Shown: positions 9,836 to 20,968 of the stretch, piece after piece | Layout of the letters: every line of letters begins with the position of its first letter | How positions within the stretch are numbered: the first letter of the stretch is position 1 | From: Bacteroidales bacterium | GTDB lineage: Bacteria > Bacteroidota > Bacteroidia > Bacteroidales > UBA3824 | Reading direction: 5' to 3' | NCBI GenBank assembly: GCA_016293845.1 | Contig: JAEDDH010000001.1 | Location: forward strand, 29,211 to 93,210 | DNA length: 64,000 nucleotides | The notes under the pieces: generated by a model | What the model was told of the DNA's origin: nothing | Seen by the model: the letters and a program-made list of their open reading frames with translations, nothing else | Databases searched by the model: none | Translations under genes and position numbers: made by a program

Positions 9836-11188
9836 ATGAAAATTAAAAACGTAGAGGATTTTAGTTGGTTGTACGCGCTGTTGAAGCCGTTTGCAAGTTT
9901 TATGCACAACCACGTCTTTTATAAAAAGGTTTACACGTCAGGCTTGGAGAATATTCCAGAAGAGGGTGCGGTGATTTTTGCGCCAAACCATCAAAACGCC
10001 CTTATGGACGCTCTTATCATCCTCAGCGTAAAAAATTGGCAACCTGTTTTTATGGCTCGTGCAGATATTTTTGCGGGACAGTTTGTTCGTCGTCTGCTAT
10101 TTTTTATGAAAATTCTGCCCATTTTTCGTATTCGCGACGGTAGGGAAAGTCTTAAACAAAACGACGAAATTTTTGAAAAATCTGTTCAGGTGCTGCGAAA
10201 AAAGCGTTACCTTGTGATATATCCTGAGGCAAGCCACGTGGGTCGCCGCCGTTTGCGTCCGCTCAAAAAGGGCATTACCCGAATTGCTTTTATGGCAGAG
10301 GAGGCTTCAAACTATACTCTCGGTGTTAAAATCGTGCCTGTTGGCATCAATTATCAAGATTATTTTTCGTTTCGTACCAATGCTTTTATCAATTTTGGCA
10401 AGCCCATCAATGTGGAGGATTACCGCGAACTTTATCTCGAAAATCCCCAAAAGGCTAATCACAAATTGATAACCGATATTTCTGCTGAACTTAAATCGTT
10501 GATTATCAATATAGAAAACAACGAAGAGTACGACAATTTTGAAACAGCCCGACTTGTTTATGCTCCCTATCTTGTGAGAAAAGAGCGCAAACTTGTCAAC
10601 AATTTTAAAAATCGCATTTATGCCGGTCAGCAGGTTGTAAAATTGTTGGACACTCTGAAAAACAACGATTTAGAAACGTTTCACAAACTCAATGGTTGTC
10701 TTAGTGATTACCGCAAACTATTGCAACAAGAAAACCTTCGCGATTGGATTATCCACCGCCGCTTTACAATTCCCGGCGTGCTTTTGCGAACGGTGATACT
10801 AATAGCAATGTCGCCGGTGGCATTGTTTGGTGCTGTTAACAATTTTCTACCTTACCATACGCCCGACCTTTTTACCCGAAAAATCAAGGACAAGAATTTT
10901 CACACCTCGATACGTTTTGCGGTGTATATGTTTGTGTTTCCGCTGATATTTTATCCGCTGATATTCTTTTTGTTGTGCCACTTTACCGATTCGTGGCTTA
11001 TCAGGTTGATTTATATGCTGTTGCTACCGCCAACGGGTATTTTTGCCTTTCATTATTTTGAGGAGGTAAAACGCGTTTTGGCTATGTGGCGTTACACATT
11101 TAACCGTAACAAAAAGTCGTTTGAGTGCCTCAGATGGCTTCGTGAGCAGATTCTCGATATTTTTAAAAGTATCGAAAATAATGCTTAA
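9836..11188 (+). CDS. lysophospholipid (1-acyl-sn-glycerol-3-phosphate) acyltransferase family protein with C-terminal membrane domain
   Basis: HxxxxD acyltransferase motif (NHQNALMD) and C-terminal TM helices; start placed at MKIKNVEDF to avoid overlap with the upstream GH3 gene. Confidence 0.7.
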   Translation: MKIKNVEDFSWLYALLKPFASFMHNHVFYKKVYTSGLENIPEEGAVIFAPNHQNALMDALIILSVKNWQPVFMARADIFAGQFVRRLLFFMKILPIFRIRDGRESLKQNDEIFEKSVQVLRKKRYLVIYPEASHVGRRRLRPLKKGITRIAFMAEEASNYTLGVKIVPVGINYQDYFSFRTNAFINFGKPINVEDYRELYLENPQKANHKLITDISAELKSLIINIENNEEYDNFETARLVYAPYLVRKERKLVNNFKNRIYAGQQVVKLLDTLKNNDLETFHKLNGCLSDYRKLLQQENLRDWIIHRRFTIPGVLLRTVILIAMSPVALFGAVNNFLPYHTPDLFTRKIKDKNFHTSIRFAVYMFVFPLIFYPLIFFLLCHFTDSWLIRLIYMLLLPPTGIFAFHYFEEVKRVLAMWRYTFNRNKKSFECLRWLREQILDIFKSIENNA

Positions 11189-11307
11189 CGGCTATCGTAA
11201 ATGCCGATTGTGGCTATCGTTTAAATCTATTGCCAAGGTTAATAACATAATATTGAATTAATGTTATTTTCCGCACGATTGTATAATTTTGCGCAAAATT
11301 TAAAGAT

Positions 11308-12981
11308 ATGAATTGGATTAACGAATTAATATCAGGTACAAGTGTGGGACACTCCATACTTTTGCTGGCCGTGATAGTTTCGGCGGGCATTCTTCTCGGT
11401 AAAATCAAAATCAAAGGTATTTCGCTCGGAGCCACATTTATTTTGTTTGTGGGCATTATCTGCGGTCATCTTGGATTAAAAATTGACCCAAAACTCCTTG
11501 ACTTTCTGCGTGATTTCGGTCTTATTCTTTTTGTCTATGCAATTGGTATGCAGGTAGGTCCGAGTTTTTTCTCATCGTTTAAGAAAGGAGGAATGACGCT
11601 CAACCTTCTTGCTGTGGGCGTTGTATTTTTGGGCGCAATTACCGCCCTGATAATTGGTTTTGCAACTGGTATTGATATTCCTACAATGGTGGGCATTATG
11701 TCGGGAGCAGTTACCAACACTCCGGGTCTTGGTGCTGCTCAACAGGCTTTTAAAGAGATGACCGGCGATGTAAATTCCACTATGGCAATGGGTTACGCTG
11801 TGGCTTATCCGCTCGGCGTTATTGGTATAATACTTACTATGATAGTAGTAAAAGTGCTTTTCAAAGTGGATTTTAAAAAGGAGAACGAGCAGATTGAGAC
11901 CCTCGCCAAAGACGCTCAAAAGTCTGCCACAGGTATCTCAATGCAGGTTCTTAATCCTTCGGTTTTTGGAAAAACAATCAAAGAACTTGTGAAAATTTTC
12001 CCCGACCGTAAGTTTAACGTTTCGCGCCATTGGGACAACGAAACCAACCAAATAAGTCTTGCCACTGCGGAAACCGTGCTTAAAGAAAACGACAAGATAT
12101 TTGTAATTGCAAATCCATCTGACATTGACACAATTACTGCTTTTATTGGCAAAGCCATTGATTTACAGCGTAAACAATGGGTTTTGGCAAACAGTACTTT
12201 TATCAGCAGCCGTATTTTGGTTACCAAAGAGGAGGTTAACGGTAAACGTCTCGGCTCGTTGCAATTGCGCAAACTTTACGGATGCAATATTACTCGTGTT
12301 AGCCGTTCGGGTGTAGACCTTGTGGCATCTGAGGAACTTGTATTGCAAATAGGTGATACAGTGAACGTTGTGGGTACTGATATCAACATCGCAAGTGTTG
12401 AAAAAGTGCTTGGCAACTCGGTAAAACGCCTCAATCAGCCAAACCTTATCACTATTTTTATCGGTATTGCCATCGGTGTAATTCTCGGCAGCATTCCAGT
12501 TGCTATTCCGGGCATTCCTCAGCCGTTTAAACTTGGTTTGGCAGGTGGTCCGCTGATTATTTCGATACTTATTGCCAAGTTTGGATATAAATGGAAATTA
12601 ATCACTTACACTACTCAAAGTGCCAACTTGATGCTTAGCGAAATAGGTATTTCGCTCTTCCTTGCCTGTGTGGGATTAAACGCCGGAAACGGATTTTGGG
12701 ACACTATCGTCAACGGAGGTTACTCTTGGGTAGGATACGGATTTATAATCACATTCTTGCCGCTTTTGATAATGGGCATAGTTGGTTATAAGTTCTGCAA
12801 AGTCAATTACTTTACCTTAACGGGTGTAATTGCCGGTAGTCACACCGACCCGCCTGCGCTCGCCTACGCCAACGGACTCACATCCAAAGATGCACCTGCG
12901 GTAGGTTACGCCACAGTTTATCCGCTCACTATGTTTTTCCGAGTGCTGATAGCTGAATTGATGGTGTTGTTTTTTGTGTAG
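11308..12981 (+). CDS. AspT/YidE/YbjL-family transporter (duplicated permease with two TrkA-C domains)
   Basis: Two homologous membrane halves separated by soluble TrkA-C-like domains. Confidence 0.7.
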   Translation: MNWINELISGTSVGHSILLLAVIVSAGILLGKIKIKGISLGATFILFVGIICGHLGLKIDPKLLDFLRDFGLILFVYAIGMQVGPSFFSSFKKGGMTLNLLAVGVVFLGAITALIIGFATGIDIPTMVGIMSGAVTNTPGLGAAQQAFKEMTGDVNSTMAMGYAVAYPLGVIGIILTMIVVKVLFKVDFKKENEQIETLAKDAQKSATGISMQVLNPSVFGKTIKELVKIFPDRKFNVSRHWDNETNQISLATAETVLKENDKIFVIANPSDIDTITAFIGKAIDLQRKQWVLANSTFISSRILVTKEEVNGKRLGSLQLRKLYGCNITRVSRSGVDLVASEELVLQIGDTVNVVGTDINIASVEKVLGNSVKRLNQPNLITIFIGIAIGVILGSIPVAIPGIPQPFKLGLAGGPLIISILIAKFGYKWKLITYTTQSANLMLSEIGISLFLACVGLNAGNGFWDTIVNGGYSWVGYGFIITFLPLLIMGIVGYKFCKVNYFTLTGVIAGSHTDPPALAYANGLTSKDAPAVGYATVYPLTMFFRVLIAELMVLFFV

Positions 12982-13008
12982 ATTTTTTAACTATTTCTAT
13001 AAAAAAAA

Positions 13009-13040
13009 TCCGTCGGCTGCAATGGCTGACGGATTTTTTT
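13009..13040 (+). terminator. putative terminator after transporter gene
   Basis: 7-bp stem atccgtc/gacggat followed by T7; an A-run lies upstream. Confidence 0.45.
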
Positions 13041-13257
13041 GTTGTATATTTGTAGGGCAAAACTCTTTAACTATGAATATAATACGTTTCATAAATATGT
13101 TCATAGTGGACTTTGGCAAAAAATTCGGTATGTCAGCATTTTTATCACACAAGTATCTTAAAGAATATCAAGGACTTGCCTTTTTGGATAAATGTTACGA
13201 AGCCGAACATCAACTTTCGCTCGATGATGCCATAGATGATTTATAAAATTACTGCAA

Positions 13258-13497
13258 ATGTCACGGAGGAACGTTAGAATGAAACTTACTAAAAACCAAT
13301 TGCAATTTGTTATCAATTGTGATGTAGAAACAATAGTATCGTATCTTCAACACGATTTAAAACTATCTGTGTTAGAGGTATTTGATAAAATTTACTCCTC
13401 CAATATCTATCAAAAATCGGTAAATTCCAAAACTGGGCTTTATCTTCAAAGTCCCGATTATATCTACGATTATCTTCGTAATGAAATAAAAAAGTAG
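13258..13497 (+). CDS. hypothetical small protein
   Basis: 79-aa ORF lying between two terminator-like hairpins; no recognisable family. Confidence 0.3.
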   Translation: MSRRNVRMKLTKNQLQFVINCDVETIVSYLQHDLKLSVLEVFDKIYSSNIYQKSVNSKTGLYLQSPDYIYDYLRNEIKK

Positions 13498-13523
13498 AGG
13501 TTAAATTATTTAACCTCTACTTT
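13489..13523. terminator. bidirectional terminator palindrome
   Basis: 13-bp perfect inverted repeat gtagaggttaaat/atttaacctctac between convergent genes, flanked by an A-run on one side and a T-run on the other. Confidence 0.5.
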
Positions 13524-13544
13524 AATCAGTTAATATTCAATCCT

Positions 13545-15884
13545 TTAATTCTTCATCACATTCAAATCCTCTTTTGGATTCATTACGTTGTTAACCTTGT
13601 TTTCGTAAGGTGTAAGCAATTGTGATTTTATCTCAGTAACAATATCTTCGGCAGATTTGCCAATGTAGAATGTGTATTCTCCGGCAGGTGCTGTCCATTG
13701 ATTTTGTGCTGCGTCGAAATATGCTAAATCAGCGGAGTTTACAGTGAGAACCACAGGTTGTGATTCGCCTGGCATAAGCGAGTTGGTTTTAGCAAAGGCT
13801 TTGAGTTCGTATTTGGGCGATGATTGACCTGATTCAGGATATTTTGCGTAAAGTTCTACAACTGTTTTGCCTTCGCAACTGCCTGTATTTTTAACGTTTA
13901 ACGAAATTTGGAAGTCGCCACCGGCTGTTTGAATCTTTACATCCGAGAACTCAAAATCACTGTACGACAAACCATAACCAAATGGGAATGAGGTCTTTTT
14001 GTCAAATGTGTTGTAATAGCGGTAACCAACAAAAATATCTTCTAAATAGTTGGTGTAGTCGAAGTTTTCGGTGTTTTGGTTGTCGTCGTGAGTGCCGAAC
14101 ATTGAGCGTCCGTTTGCCTCAAAGTCGTATGGGAAATTCTTGGCACCGGGTACGTCGAAATAATCAATTGGGAACGATATCGGCAATCTTCCTGAGGGGT
14201 TAACTGCGCCAGTGATAACGTCTGCAACTGCGTTTCCGCCTTCTTGACCACCCATCCAAGGCAAAAGAATTGCGTCGGGAATATCTTTCCACGAAGCGGT
14301 TTCGATAACACCGCCAACGTTGAGAATTACGATAGTTTTTTTGCCAGCGGCTTTAAATGCCTTTGAAACGCTGTTGAGAAGAGCCTTTTCGTTGTCAGAA
14401 AGGTTGAAGTTAGAGATGCGGCGGTCGCGGAATTCACCCGAAATGCGTCCCAAGGTGATGAAAGCCACATCGTTGGTTTTAGCATATTCCTTGATTTTGG
14501 CATCGTCGATAGTAAAATCTTCGGGAACAAATGCGTGTACCAAACTATCCTTAGTGGCAGGATTAGCACGGAAAGCAGTCTTTTGTTTTTGAATTTCAGG
14601 AATATAGATATTTTTGAGATTTTCGTCGATAGTAAAGCCTTGATTTTCGAGACCCTCGCAGAGCGATACTGTGTAAGCCTCGTTTACGTCGCCGCTACCT
14701 GTGCCGCCCGAGTAAAAAGAGTAAGAAGAAACGCCAAAAAGAGCAGCCTTGCCGCCTTTTATCGGAAGTGCGTTGTTTTTGTTGGTAAGCAACACAATGC
14801 CTTCTCTTGCAGCCTGACGAGTGATTTTTGCGTGTTCTTCGAGGTTTGGCTTGTTAGAATACTGATATTTTTTGAATGTGGGTGTTTTTAAAACCAACTC
14901 TAAAATGCGTTTGATGTTTGCATCCACATATTCGGTTTTTAAAGTTCCGTTTTTCATACCCTCAACAATCTTTTCGTATTGATTGTTGACACCGGGCATA
15001 AGAAGGTCGTTGCCCGAAATTACCTGATTAACAGGGTCTTTGCCAGCAAACCAATCGGTCATTACAAGTCCTTCGTATTTCCATTCGTCGCGAAGTATAT
15101 TTTGAACCAGTTCGCGGTTTTCGGAAGAATATCTGCCGTTGATATAGTTGTACGAAGTCATTACAGTCCAAGGATTTGACTCGCGGATTGCAATTTGAAA
15201 CTGACGCAAATAAATTTCGCGCAAAGCCCTTTGAGTAAGTCTTGCATCGTTGTTCATACGGTTGGTTTCCTGATTGTTAACGGCAAAGTGCTTGATAGAT
15301 GTGCCCACGCCGTTGCTTTGGATACCGTTGATAAGTGCGGCTGCGGTTTTTCCGGCTAAAACAGGGTCTTCGGAATAATACTCAAAGTTTCTACCGCACA
15401 ATGGGTTACGGTGAATATTTGCACCCGGCGAAAGGATAACGTCAACGCCGTATTCGAGCACTTCGTTGCCGATTGATTCGCCAATTTTTTGCACCAATTC
15501 TGTGTTCCAAGTAGACGATAGGGTAGTGCCTATCGGGAAAGCCGTACAGTAGTAGGTGTTTTCGTCGCCTTCGCGGACAGGCTTGATTCTCAAACCCGCA
15601 GGACCGTCGGCGAGAACGATAGACGGGATGCCTAATCGTGGAATAGCGCGGGTAATACCTGCTGCTCCTGGTACCTTTTGTTCAGTGCTTCCTACAAACG
15701 ATGTGTTTTCTTGGCTTGGATCCATACCAGCGCCAATGAGCATGAGAGCCTTCTCTTCGATGGTCATAGCCGCAATCACCTCGTTGATAGAGGCAGTTCC
15801 GAGTTGCGGTGGTGTTTGGTTGCAACTGCTTGATGCAGTGAGTATTGCCGCTGTAATTGTTGACATAATAATTCTATTGTCCAT
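13545..15884 (-). CDS. bglX: glycoside hydrolase family 3 beta-glucosidase (BglX-like), secreted
   Basis: Signal peptide, GH3 N- and C-terminal domains (GFVMTDW catalytic Asp region) and a fibronectin-III-like C-terminus. Confidence 0.85.
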   Translation of the reverse strand: MDNRIIMSTITAAILTASSSCNQTPPQLGTASINEVIAAMTIEEKALMLIGAGMDPSQENTSFVGSTEQKVPGAAGITRAIPRLGIPSIVLADGPAGLRIKPVREGDENTYYCTAFPIGTTLSSTWNTELVQKIGESIGNEVLEYGVDVILSPGANIHRNPLCGRNFEYYSEDPVLAGKTAAALINGIQSNGVGTSIKHFAVNNQETNRMNNDARLTQRALREIYLRQFQIAIRESNPWTVMTSYNYINGRYSSENRELVQNILRDEWKYEGLVMTDWFAGKDPVNQVISGNDLLMPGVNNQYEKIVEGMKNGTLKTEYVDANIKRILELVLKTPTFKKYQYSNKPNLEEHAKITRQAAREGIVLLTNKNNALPIKGGKAALFGVSSYSFYSGGTGSGDVNEAYTVSLCEGLENQGFTIDENLKNIYIPEIQKQKTAFRANPATKDSLVHAFVPEDFTIDDAKIKEYAKTNDVAFITLGRISGEFRDRRISNFNLSDNEKALLNSVSKAFKAAGKKTIVILNVGGVIETASWKDIPDAILLPWMGGQEGGNAVADVITGAVNPSGRLPISFPIDYFDVPGAKNFPYDFEANGRSMFGTHDDNQNTENFDYTNYLEDIFVGYRYYNTFDKKTSFPFGYGLSYSDFEFSDVKIQTAGGDFQISLNVKNTGSCEGKTVVELYAKYPESGQSSPKYELKAFAKTNSLMPGESQPVVLTVNSADLAYFDAAQNQWTAPAGEYTFYIGKSAEDIVTEIKSQLLTPYENKVNNVMNPKEDLNVMKN

Positions 15885-15915
15885 ATTTTTATGTTTATGT
15901 TAAATGATAGGTAGT

Positions 15916-18900
15916 TCACTTTAAAATGGCAAAATCAAACCTTATTTTTTTGTTTCCGCTGATAAATACGCCTTTGTAAATTCCCTTAGGCATTATTATC
16001 TTGCTTATTTCCTGAGGTTTATCAAAAGTCTTAATAGATTTGCCTAATATGTCAAAAATAATAATTTTTGAGTTTGCAAAATATTCTGTATCAACGTTTT
16101 CGAGCGAAATTGTAATTATTTCACCCTCTTTTGCCACCGAGGGGTAAACTTTTATTTTGTTTATAGCCTTCGGACTGTTTTTCTTTATTATGTCGGGTTC
16201 TGATTCATCTTGGCTATCTTCTTGTGTTTCAGGTTCTTCTACTATAATTTCCTGATAGTCAACATATATATCCACATCATTGTCGAACATTGCAAAGATG
16301 TAGTTGATTCTGTCGGGCGAGAATATCCTGCGGGAATTTACGTAAACAAATGGTTCGTAACCGTCGTTGGCGGGATTGATTTTAAACTGAATTTGTTCGT
16401 CTTTCTGTGCAGTGGTGTGAGATATTTCTGTGATATTATTGTCGGTTTTGATAGAATGATATTTGGAGTAAACCGCCTCGATGGAAATGTCAGAGATATA
16501 GTCAGACATAAAAATGGTATCGTTAAATGTCTTAATATCAACTTGTTTACCGTTTACCAATATATATTCAAATATTCTACCGTCTTCGGACAAATCGTCG
16601 ACACTAAAAAATACGGTGTCGTTGACAGTTGCGGCGTTTTTATCGGTGAATACATATCTGCCAGCTTTTACTTTGTAACTTATTGGCTTGTATTGAGTTG
16701 TAATCTCCACATCTGATTTGTATTCCGACATTAGAAAATTGCAGAAGTTTTTGTAAAATGTTAAGGATTTTCCATTTACCAATATTTTTTCAAGTTCGTA
16801 ACCATCTGATGTCAAATCTTTTGCATTGACTTTTATTAAATCGTTGATAGATGCAAATTGATGATCGGATGTGATATTTTGGTCGGTGGTGATTTTGTAG
16901 TCAAGTTGCTTATATTCAACCGATATATAAACATCGCACTTGAAATCTGCCATATCAATTCCCGGTTTCTCTTTTTTGTAGCTGATTGGTTTTGAATTGA
17001 TTAGGACATTTTCTACTGCAAGTCCGCTATTTGAGTAATCTTTTATAGTAAAATATACCGAATCGTTTACAGTAGCAGTGGTTTTGCGGCATGATATGTT
17101 CTCATCTTTTGTAATTTGATATTTTATAGCCGAATAAGTGGCTGTGATGGTAACATCTTTTGCAAAATCTGACATTAAGAATGAACCAGCATAATTTTCA
17201 ATAGGGATTGATTTTGTTCCGATTTTTACATTGCTAATTTCGTAACCTTCTGATGTTAGGTCGGTTACTGTAAATGTAATTGCATCGCTTTCAACGGTAG
17301 CTGTTTTTGTGTTACAAGTAACATATTCTCCAGTATTAATATTAAATGTAATGAGCTCGTATTCAGCGGTAATGGTAACATCAGAAATAAAATCAGCCAT
17401 TATTAGTGATGCTTTATAATCTTCAAATTCAATCTCTTTGTTATTAACCAGAACTTTGGAGATTTGTAGTCCTTGTGATTTGAGATTTTTAATTGAAAAG
17501 GGTATAACATCTTCAACTGTTGCAGTTTTGCGGCTGCAAGTTATGTTTTCGCCTTTATTTATATTGTAAGAAATTGGCTTGTATTCTACAGTAACATAGA
17601 CATCAGAAATGTATTTCGACATATCCAATGTTGCTTCTAAATTATTAACTTTTACTGATTTTTCGTTGATATAAACTTTGTCGACAGCATATCCTATATT
17701 ACTTTTGTCGGTTATTTTGATTGTTAACTTGTCCTTTACTGTGGCTTTATCAGTTTCAATATAACAATTTTCATCGGTGTGGATTAAGTACTCAATTAGT
17801 TCATATTTAGCTCTTAATGTTATATTTGCAGCGTAATCAACCATTGAAAAAACATAGTTGTAACCATTTAGATTTATCGGAGTATTGTTGATAGTTACCT
17901 CTGAAAGCCGATAACCTTTGGCGGTTGAATCCCTTACTGAGAATGGTATTTCTGTGTTGTAAATATACGCTTTTTCAAAATCGCACTTGATATATTTCGG
18001 TTTTGAGATAGAATACTCTATGAGAGTGTAAGTTACTGATAACTCTACATCTTCTTTCGGCATTTTGAAACTATTTTTGTTAATCTCTATGTTATTGTGC
18101 GAGGATAATCCTGTGGCTGTAACTTCGTAAGTGTAGCCAACTTTTGTTTTTATCTCAAGTTTTATTGTTTCATCATATTCATAACCAATTGAGGAATTTG
18201 TAATAGATATGTCGTCAATACTATTGTCGTTTATTATAATGTTGTATGGATTAGTTTTCCATTTAGTTGGTTTATAATGTTGTCCGTTTTTTTCCTCTAA
18301 GTTTGATGGACAGAAAAATTTACCAATCTCTGCTACTCCTTTTATCCAATAACTTGTAAAAGTTTTATCATCAGTTGTTTTCCAAGAATTGAACGAAACA
18401 TTTATAGATTCTAAAGCTTCGCAATTTAAAAACATCGAATTATAACAACCTTCTGCTAAGATAGTTGCTGTTAGGTCGGGTGCTGATATTAATGTTTTAC
18501 AATCCGCAAATAGTTTGTAAAAGCAGTGTTTTGTTGAGATCGTGATTGCTTTCCCTGTTTCGTCGAGTAAGGTCATTAAATTGCCTGAACCTTTCACTTT
18601 GCCGCTAAATGTGAAGGTTGCGTAATTTTTTGTGCTTTCTGAAATTGTTGTATTATTTCCTTTAAGTAGTACGAAATCATTTTCGTTGGTAAGTTGTATA
18701 ATTTCATCATTTTCCCACAAAGTCCAATCTCCATTGTTGATAGAATACATAATATTCGGATTAATCTTATTCTTTGTCAATCCAATCTGAATATTATCTT
18801 CTAATGCAGTGAATCTTAGGTAATTAACTTCTTGTGCGTTGGCACTGCTAATTATCCATAAAAGCAGTATTATTGTTTTGATAAGTCTTTTTATAATCAT
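15916..18900 (-). CDS. secreted repeat protein with T9SS C-terminal sorting domain; N-terminal Cys-containing LRR-like module followed by about ten tandem Ig/B-repeat-like units
   Basis: Signal peptide; N-terminal motifs CFYKLFADC...CYNSMFLNC (BspA/DUF285-like, tentative); about ten repeats of roughly 77 aa; C-terminal KVYPSVA...ILK beta-sandwich typical of a Por/T9SS CTD. Confidence 0.65.
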   Translation of the reverse strand: MIIKRLIKTIILLLWIISSANAQEVNYLRFTALEDNIQIGLTKNKINPNIMYSINNGDWTLWENDEIIQLTNENDFVLLKGNNTTISESTKNYATFTFSGKVKGSGNLMTLLDETGKAITISTKHCFYKLFADCKTLISAPDLTATILAEGCYNSMFLNCEALESINVSFNSWKTTDDKTFTSYWIKGVAEIGKFFCPSNLEEKNGQHYKPTKWKTNPYNIIINDNSIDDISITNSSIGYEYDETIKLEIKTKVGYTYEVTATGLSSHNNIEINKNSFKMPKEDVELSVTYTLIEYSISKPKYIKCDFEKAYIYNTEIPFSVRDSTAKGYRLSEVTINNTPINLNGYNYVFSMVDYAANITLRAKYELIEYLIHTDENCYIETDKATVKDKLTIKITDKSNIGYAVDKVYINEKSVKVNNLEATLDMSKYISDVYVTVEYKPISYNINKGENITCSRKTATVEDVIPFSIKNLKSQGLQISKVLVNNKEIEFEDYKASLIMADFISDVTITAEYELITFNINTGEYVTCNTKTATVESDAITFTVTDLTSEGYEISNVKIGTKSIPIENYAGSFLMSDFAKDVTITATYSAIKYQITKDENISCRKTTATVNDSVYFTIKDYSNSGLAVENVLINSKPISYKKEKPGIDMADFKCDVYISVEYKQLDYKITTDQNITSDHQFASINDLIKVNAKDLTSDGYELEKILVNGKSLTFYKNFCNFLMSEYKSDVEITTQYKPISYKVKAGRYVFTDKNAATVNDTVFFSVDDLSEDGRIFEYILVNGKQVDIKTFNDTIFMSDYISDISIEAVYSKYHSIKTDNNITEISHTTAQKDEQIQFKINPANDGYEPFVYVNSRRIFSPDRINYIFAMFDNDVDIYVDYQEIIVEEPETQEDSQDESEPDIIKKNSPKAINKIKVYPSVAKEGEIITISLENVDTEYFANSKIIIFDILGKSIKTFDKPQEISKIIMPKGIYKGVFISGNKKIRFDFAILK
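16230..18215 (-). repeat. tandem array of about ten ~231-bp (77-aa) intragenic repeats
   Basis: Recurring Y.I..D.N...T.V.D.I.F......GY....V.+N.K.+.........FLM.D...DV.I...Y pattern in the translation. Confidence 0.6.
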
Positions 18901-18923
18901 ACTGCTCTGCTTTAAGTGGTTAG

Positions 18924-20735
18924 TTATTTAAAAAAATCTACTAATGTTTGCAAGTTTTCGGCTTGTTGTTCAAGTTCTTCGGCGCTTGAAGCAAGTTGTT
19001 CACTTGATGATTGGTTTTCGCTGATAACGGTGTTGAGTTTTATTATTGAATTGTTTATCTGCGAGGCTCCTGCATTTTGTTCGTGACTTGCTGTTGTGAT
19101 TTCGTTTACAAGTGTGGTAGTTTTTTCGATGCTTGGCAAGGCTTTGTGCATCGATTGATTTGCGTTTTCTGATACTCTTAAACCTTGTTGGGCAAGGTCA
19201 ACAATTTCGTCTGCCGCTTTTTTGCTGTGTTCGGCAAGTTTGCGTACTTCACTTGCTACTACTGCAAAACCTTTTCCCGATTCGCCTGCGCGGGCAGCTT
19301 CCACTGCCGCATTCAATGCAAGAATATTTGTTTGGAATGCAATGTCGTTTACAATTTCTATTTTTTCGGCTATTTCTCGGTTGGTGCTGTATACATCGTC
19401 GAGGTTTTTTACAACGTCGGTGAATAATCCGAGAGCTTTTTTGGACATTTTGTTGGTTTCGGCTGCATTTTGCGAGTTTTGGTCAATGTTGCTCGACATT
19501 TCTTGCATTGTTGACGAAAGGTCTTCGATGCTCGATGATTGCTCTGCCGATCCACGCGAAAGATGTTGAGATAATGCGTTAACCTGTTTGCTGTGGGCTG
19601 CAAGAGCCTCAGAACCTTCTTTTATCGAAAGCATTATGTTTGATATTTTGTCGTTCATTATCTGCAAGTTGTCGCAGATAAGACCTATTTCGTCATCTGA
19701 TTGGATATTGAATTTTTGATTCAAATTGCCTTCAGAAATATTTTTGATAGTGGATGTGAGCCAAGCTATTGGTTTTGAGATGATTTTGTGGATGCCAACC
19801 AATATTCCTATCACTATTATAGCTATAGTGAAAACGAGGAATAAAATCATGCTCCTGAGGGTTATTCTTGCTGGTTCGATAATTTCACTTTTTGACACTG
19901 AGCCTACCAACGACCAATTTGGGGTTTCTTTTATGGGGTAGCAAATCAGATAGTCGGTGCTGCCGTCTGCTGTAATGGCGTATCTTGCAGCAGTGTTTCC
20001 GCTTTTGATAGCGTTAGTAACTTCAAGCATACCTTCTGATTTGTCGGCATAATCGCTTAGGCTTGCGTTCATAAGCATCGACTCGTCTTTATGGCCTATT
20101 ATAGTGGTGTTGCCATCTACAATAAAACTTGTACCGTGGTTACCTATGCTCATATCTTTAACGATGTTTGACAATGTTGACAAGCTGATATTGCTTGCAA
20201 GTATACCCACTACTTTGCCTTCTGAGATGATTGGTACTGCCAAAGTGTATTTTTTTTCGCCGGTAGATTTGCTCAAGTCGGGGTTGGTCATGGCAAAATT
20301 GGCACCTTGGGTCATTATCTTTTTGAAATATTCACGGTCGTCTAATTTTCGTTGAGCTTTGCCTTTGCCTGCTATATAATAACTTCCATCTGGATGAATC
20401 ACAAACAAGAGGCTAAATTTGTCATTATTTATGGTTGCTTGTTCCAGAAGGTAGTCGCTCATCGTTTCCCATTTCATGGTTTGAACTTGATAGCTTGCAG
20501 CTATGCCTTGAAGTCGCGATTTGATGCTGGCAAGATTGTTTGTTACCTCAATGGAGCCGCGTCTAACAATTTCTGTTACAAAATTTTCGGTTGATTCCAA
20601 TTGTTTGTTTGCCGACATATTGTAGTTAACAATCATCATTACGGTCATTAATATGGCAGTTGCAGGCAAAACAAGTAGTAAAATTTTGTTCTTTAACGAA
20701 AATTTAACATCGTAATCATTTTTAACTTGGGTCAT
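18924..20735 (-). CDS. methyl-accepting chemotaxis protein (Cache-like sensor, HAMP, MCP signalling domain)
   Basis: N-terminal TM, periplasmic Cache-like domain, second TM, HAMP and the highly conserved MCP signalling core ([37 protein letters not shown]). Confidence 0.85.
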   Translation of the reverse strand: MTQVKNDYDVKFSLKNKILLLVLPATAILMTVMMIVNYNMSANKQLESTENFVTEIVRRGSIEVTNNLASIKSRLQGIAASYQVQTMKWETMSDYLLEQATINNDKFSLLFVIHPDGSYYIAGKGKAQRKLDDREYFKKIMTQGANFAMTNPDLSKSTGEKKYTLAVPIISEGKVVGILASNISLSTLSNIVKDMSIGNHGTSFIVDGNTTIIGHKDESMLMNASLSDYADKSEGMLEVTNAIKSGNTAARYAITADGSTDYLICYPIKETPNWSLVGSVSKSEIIEPARITLRSMILFLVFTIAIIVIGILVGIHKIISKPIAWLTSTIKNISEGNLNQKFNIQSDDEIGLICDNLQIMNDKISNIMLSIKEGSEALAAHSKQVNALSQHLSRGSAEQSSSIEDLSSTMQEMSSNIDQNSQNAAETNKMSKKALGLFTDVVKNLDDVYSTNREIAEKIEIVNDIAFQTNILALNAAVEAARAGESGKGFAVVASEVRKLAEHSKKAADEIVDLAQQGLRVSENANQSMHKALPSIEKTTTLVNEITTASHEQNAGASQINNSIIKLNTVISENQSSSEQLASSAEELEQQAENLQTLVDFFK

Positions 20736-20848
20736 AATAGCTTATTAATTAGTCGTTTAATGCTTTTTATTGTGTTAATATTTATTTTACAAATATAATT
20801 CAATTTTTGTGCTAAAAAAAATTTTGGTGATATTTTTTGAGTAGATAA

Positions 20849-20878
20849 CAAAAAAAAACGGAAACCATTCGGTTTCCG
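20849..20878 (-). terminator. rho-independent terminator downstream of the tRNA-Arg pair
   Basis: Stem cggaaacc/ggtttccg with loop gaat, followed by T9 on the minus strand. Confidence 0.6.
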
Positions 20879-20882
20879 TTTG

Positions 20883-20956
20883 TGACCCCTGCAGGATTCA
20901 AACCTGCAACCTTTTGATCCGTAGTCAAATACTCTATTCAGTTGAGCTAAGGGGCC
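20883..20956 (-). tRNA. tRNA-Arg (anticodon ACG)
   Basis: Folded by eye into a cloverleaf: acceptor GGCCCCT/AGGGGTC, anticodon stem TTTGA/TCAAA, loop CTACGGA, T-arm GCAGG-TTTGAATC-CTGCA; CCA not encoded. Confidence 0.8.
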
Positions 20957-20968
20957 GTTGAAATTTTG

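Noticed and set aside
12974-13246. 90-aa ORF beginning inside the transporter terminator
   Set aside because: The start overlaps the terminator hairpin. At best a shorter 57-aa ORF from 13074 could be real, and there is no supporting similarity.
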